Below are positions 62,341 to 64,000 of a DNA stretch of 64,000 nucleotides, one piece after another; position 1 is the first letter of the stretch, and each line of letters begins with the position of its first letter. Source of the DNA: a bacterium. Its GTDB lineage: Bacteria > Zhuqueibacterota > Zhuqueibacteria > Residuimicrobiales > Krinioviventaceae. Location of the stretch: assembly GCA_963693055.1 (NCBI GenBank), contig OY843751.1, positions 2,560,001 through 2,624,000 of the forward strand, given 5' to 3'. The notes under the pieces are model-generated. The model did no database searches. It was not told where the DNA came from and saw only the letters and a list, made by a program, of their open reading frames with translations. Position numbers and translations under genes: made by a program.

Positions 62341-62451
62341 TGTAGCATATTGTTTATATGATTTTTAACTTGCTTTTTAGTCGATTTTTTTATATAATAT
62401 AAATCGTTTGTCAAATTAGATTTGACAATTTATTTAAATTATGGTAAATAA

Positions 62452-63339
62452 ATGGCAAAAAAACAAGATTACATTATTGGCGGTATAATTCTGACAGTAA
62501 TTGCTTTTTTCGGAATTTTGTTTATTATCGCAATTGTAGGGCTTGGCAGTCAATCGGATGTATCTATTGTTTCTGGTGGAGATAAAGTTGCTGTTATTGA
62601 ACTTGAAGGTATTATAACCAGTCCGCATGCCATTGTTCGTCAATTTAAAAAGTTTGATGAAGATGAAAGTGTAAAATCCATTGTATTCCGTATAAACAGT
62701 CCCGGTGGCGGGATTTCAGCATCACAAGAAATATATGAACATGTTCGTCGGGTGCGAGATGGAGGAAAGCCCATCGTTGCTTCTATGGGAACTGTTGCTG
62801 CTTCTGGTGGTTATTATGTTGCTTTGGGAGCGGATGCAATTATGGCAAATCCGGGTACTACTACAGGAAGTATTGGGGTTATAGCCGAATTTCCAAATTT
62901 TAAGAAATTAATGGAAAAAATTGGTATAGAGTTTACAGTAATAAAAAGTGGTAAATTTAAAGATACGGGTTCACCATATCGTGATATTCGTCCTGAAGAA
63001 CGTCAGTACTTACAAGCCTGGATTGATAACGGTTATGAGCAATTTCTTGAAACTGTAATACGTGAACGGGAATTGCCCAGAAACGATGTCCTAAAAGTTG
63101 CTGATGGCAGGATATATACTGGTGAGCAGGCAAAGAATTTTGCACTTATTGATACACTGGGTACATTTGAAGATGCAATTACACTTGCCGCTGAGCTCGG
63201 TGGAATAAAAGGTAAACCCAAATTGGTTAAAGAACGTCAGAATAAAATTACGTTATATGATATTTTAACTGAAGATATTCAAATCTTGTTATCTGAATAT
63301 GTAGGTTTGTGGCCAGAGGCTAAATATTTATTTAGATAG
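62452..63339 (+). CDS. sppA: Signal peptide peptidase SppA (36K type)
   Basis: RINSPGG, AASGGYY, GSIGV, KSGKFKD. Confidence 0.94.
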   Translation: MAKKQDYIIGGIILTVIAFFGILFIIAIVGLGSQSDVSIVSGGDKVAVIELEGIITSPHAIVRQFKKFDEDESVKSIVFRINSPGGGISASQEIYEHVRRVRDGGKPIVASMGTVAASGGYYVALGADAIMANPGTTTGSIGVIAEFPNFKKLMEKIGIEFTVIKSGKFKDTGSPYRDIRPEERQYLQAWIDNGYEQFLETVIRERELPRNDVLKVADGRIYTGEQAKNFALIDTLGTFEDAITLAAELGGIKGKPKLVKERQNKITLYDILTEDIQILLSEYVGLWPEAKYLFR

Positions 63340-63375
63340 AGCATAGAGTTTACCCTGAACTGAGGTAAATCCATT

Positions 63376-63654
63376 ATGAAAAAAGCAGATATTGTTCGAA
63401 TTATTGCAGAAGGAACAGGTTTAACGCAGGTTGAAACCCAGGCTGTTGTAGACGGTTTTATTGCTACGGTCAGTTATGCTCTAAAAAATGGAGAACGAAT
63501 TGAATTACGCGGTTTTGGAAATTTTAAAGCTGTCAAGCGTAATGCCCGAATGGCCCGTAATCCGAAAACAAATGAACCTGTTGAAGTGCCTGAACATATG
63601 ACTGCAGTATTTAGGCCTTCCAGAGATTTAAAAGATTTTTTAAATAAAGAATAA
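63376..63654 (+). CDS. HU/IHF DNA-binding protein
   Basis: IELRGFGNF, ARNPKT, FRPS. Confidence 0.93.
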   Translation: MKKADIVRIIAEGTGLTQVETQAVVDGFIATVSYALKNGERIELRGFGNFKAVKRNARMARNPKTNEPVEVPEHMTAVFRPSRDLKDFLNKE

Positions 63655-63676
63655 TTTTAGTAAGGAGGTGATTACT

Positions 63677-63769
63677 TTGCCAAGCGGAAAAAAGAGAAAA
63701 AGACACAAGATTGCTACACACAAACGTAAAAAGCGCTTACGTAAAGATAGACATAAAAAGAAAAAGTAA
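63677..63769 (+). CDS. Small basic protein, AURKAIP1/COX24 (bS22-like) family, 30 aa
   Basis: AAGGAGG RBS, TTG start, MPSGKKRKRHKIATHKRKKRLRKDRHKKKK; below the ORF-track cutoff. Confidence 0.85.
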   Translation: MPSGKKRKRHKIATHKRKKRLRKDRHKKKK

Positions 63770-63838
63770 AATGATTTTGGGCTGAGAAATAAATCTTGGC
63801 CCTTTTCGGTTTAACAGTATTCAATGTTTGAGCGCTTT

Positions 63839-64000
63839 ATGGATTTATTTGACCAGACAGATTTTGAACACATGTATTCAGTTTCTGAGATCAATTCTGA
63901 AATTAAAGAGTTGGTTGAAACTTCCCTGCCTGCTATTTGGGTACAAGGTGAAATATCCAATTTCACCCACCATTCTTCCGGTCACATGTATTTTTCACTC
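63839..64000 (+). CDS. xseA: Exodeoxyribonuclease VII large subunit (5' part)
   Basis: YSVSEIN..IK...WVQGEISNF...SGHMYFSL, open to the window end. Confidence 0.92.
   Translation, partial: MDLFDQTDFEHMYSVSEINSEIKELVETSLPAIWVQGEISNFTHHSSGHMYFSL

Overview
The window has two parts. (1) Positions 1-22.5 kb are a mosaic accessory island that ends at the 3' side of an initiator tRNA-Met (22509-22582, minus). It starts with a type III-A-like CRISPR-Cas operon: cas6, then a cas10/csm1 with intact GGDD but apparently no HD domain, running off the left edge. It also holds an orphan CRISPR repeat fused to a truncated RhuM-Fic gene, an IS4-family element with a 10-bp target duplication, and a short CRISPR array (37-bp repeat). 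The array's oldest spacer reads as an RRM RNA-binding-protein gene, and its leader-side repeat is fused directly to a decayed prophage virion module. Inside that prophage module sits a five-cassette integron array with attC sites but no intI. Its cassettes include a GmrSD-like DUF262 gene and a two-gene dual-specificity phosphatase + DUF3800 cassette. (2) Positions 22.6-64 kb look like AT-rich host chromosome, with two-component systems, galactose/trehalose genes, ZnuABC, a two-Npt/HEAT/cNMP/BamA-like cluster, a REC-CmpA-CheW + DUF169 + DsrC-IscS operon, rluA-family, galE, sppA, HU and xseA. An FCB/KSB1-like host is only a guess from gene style. All assignments come from motif recognition by eye; no database searches were run.
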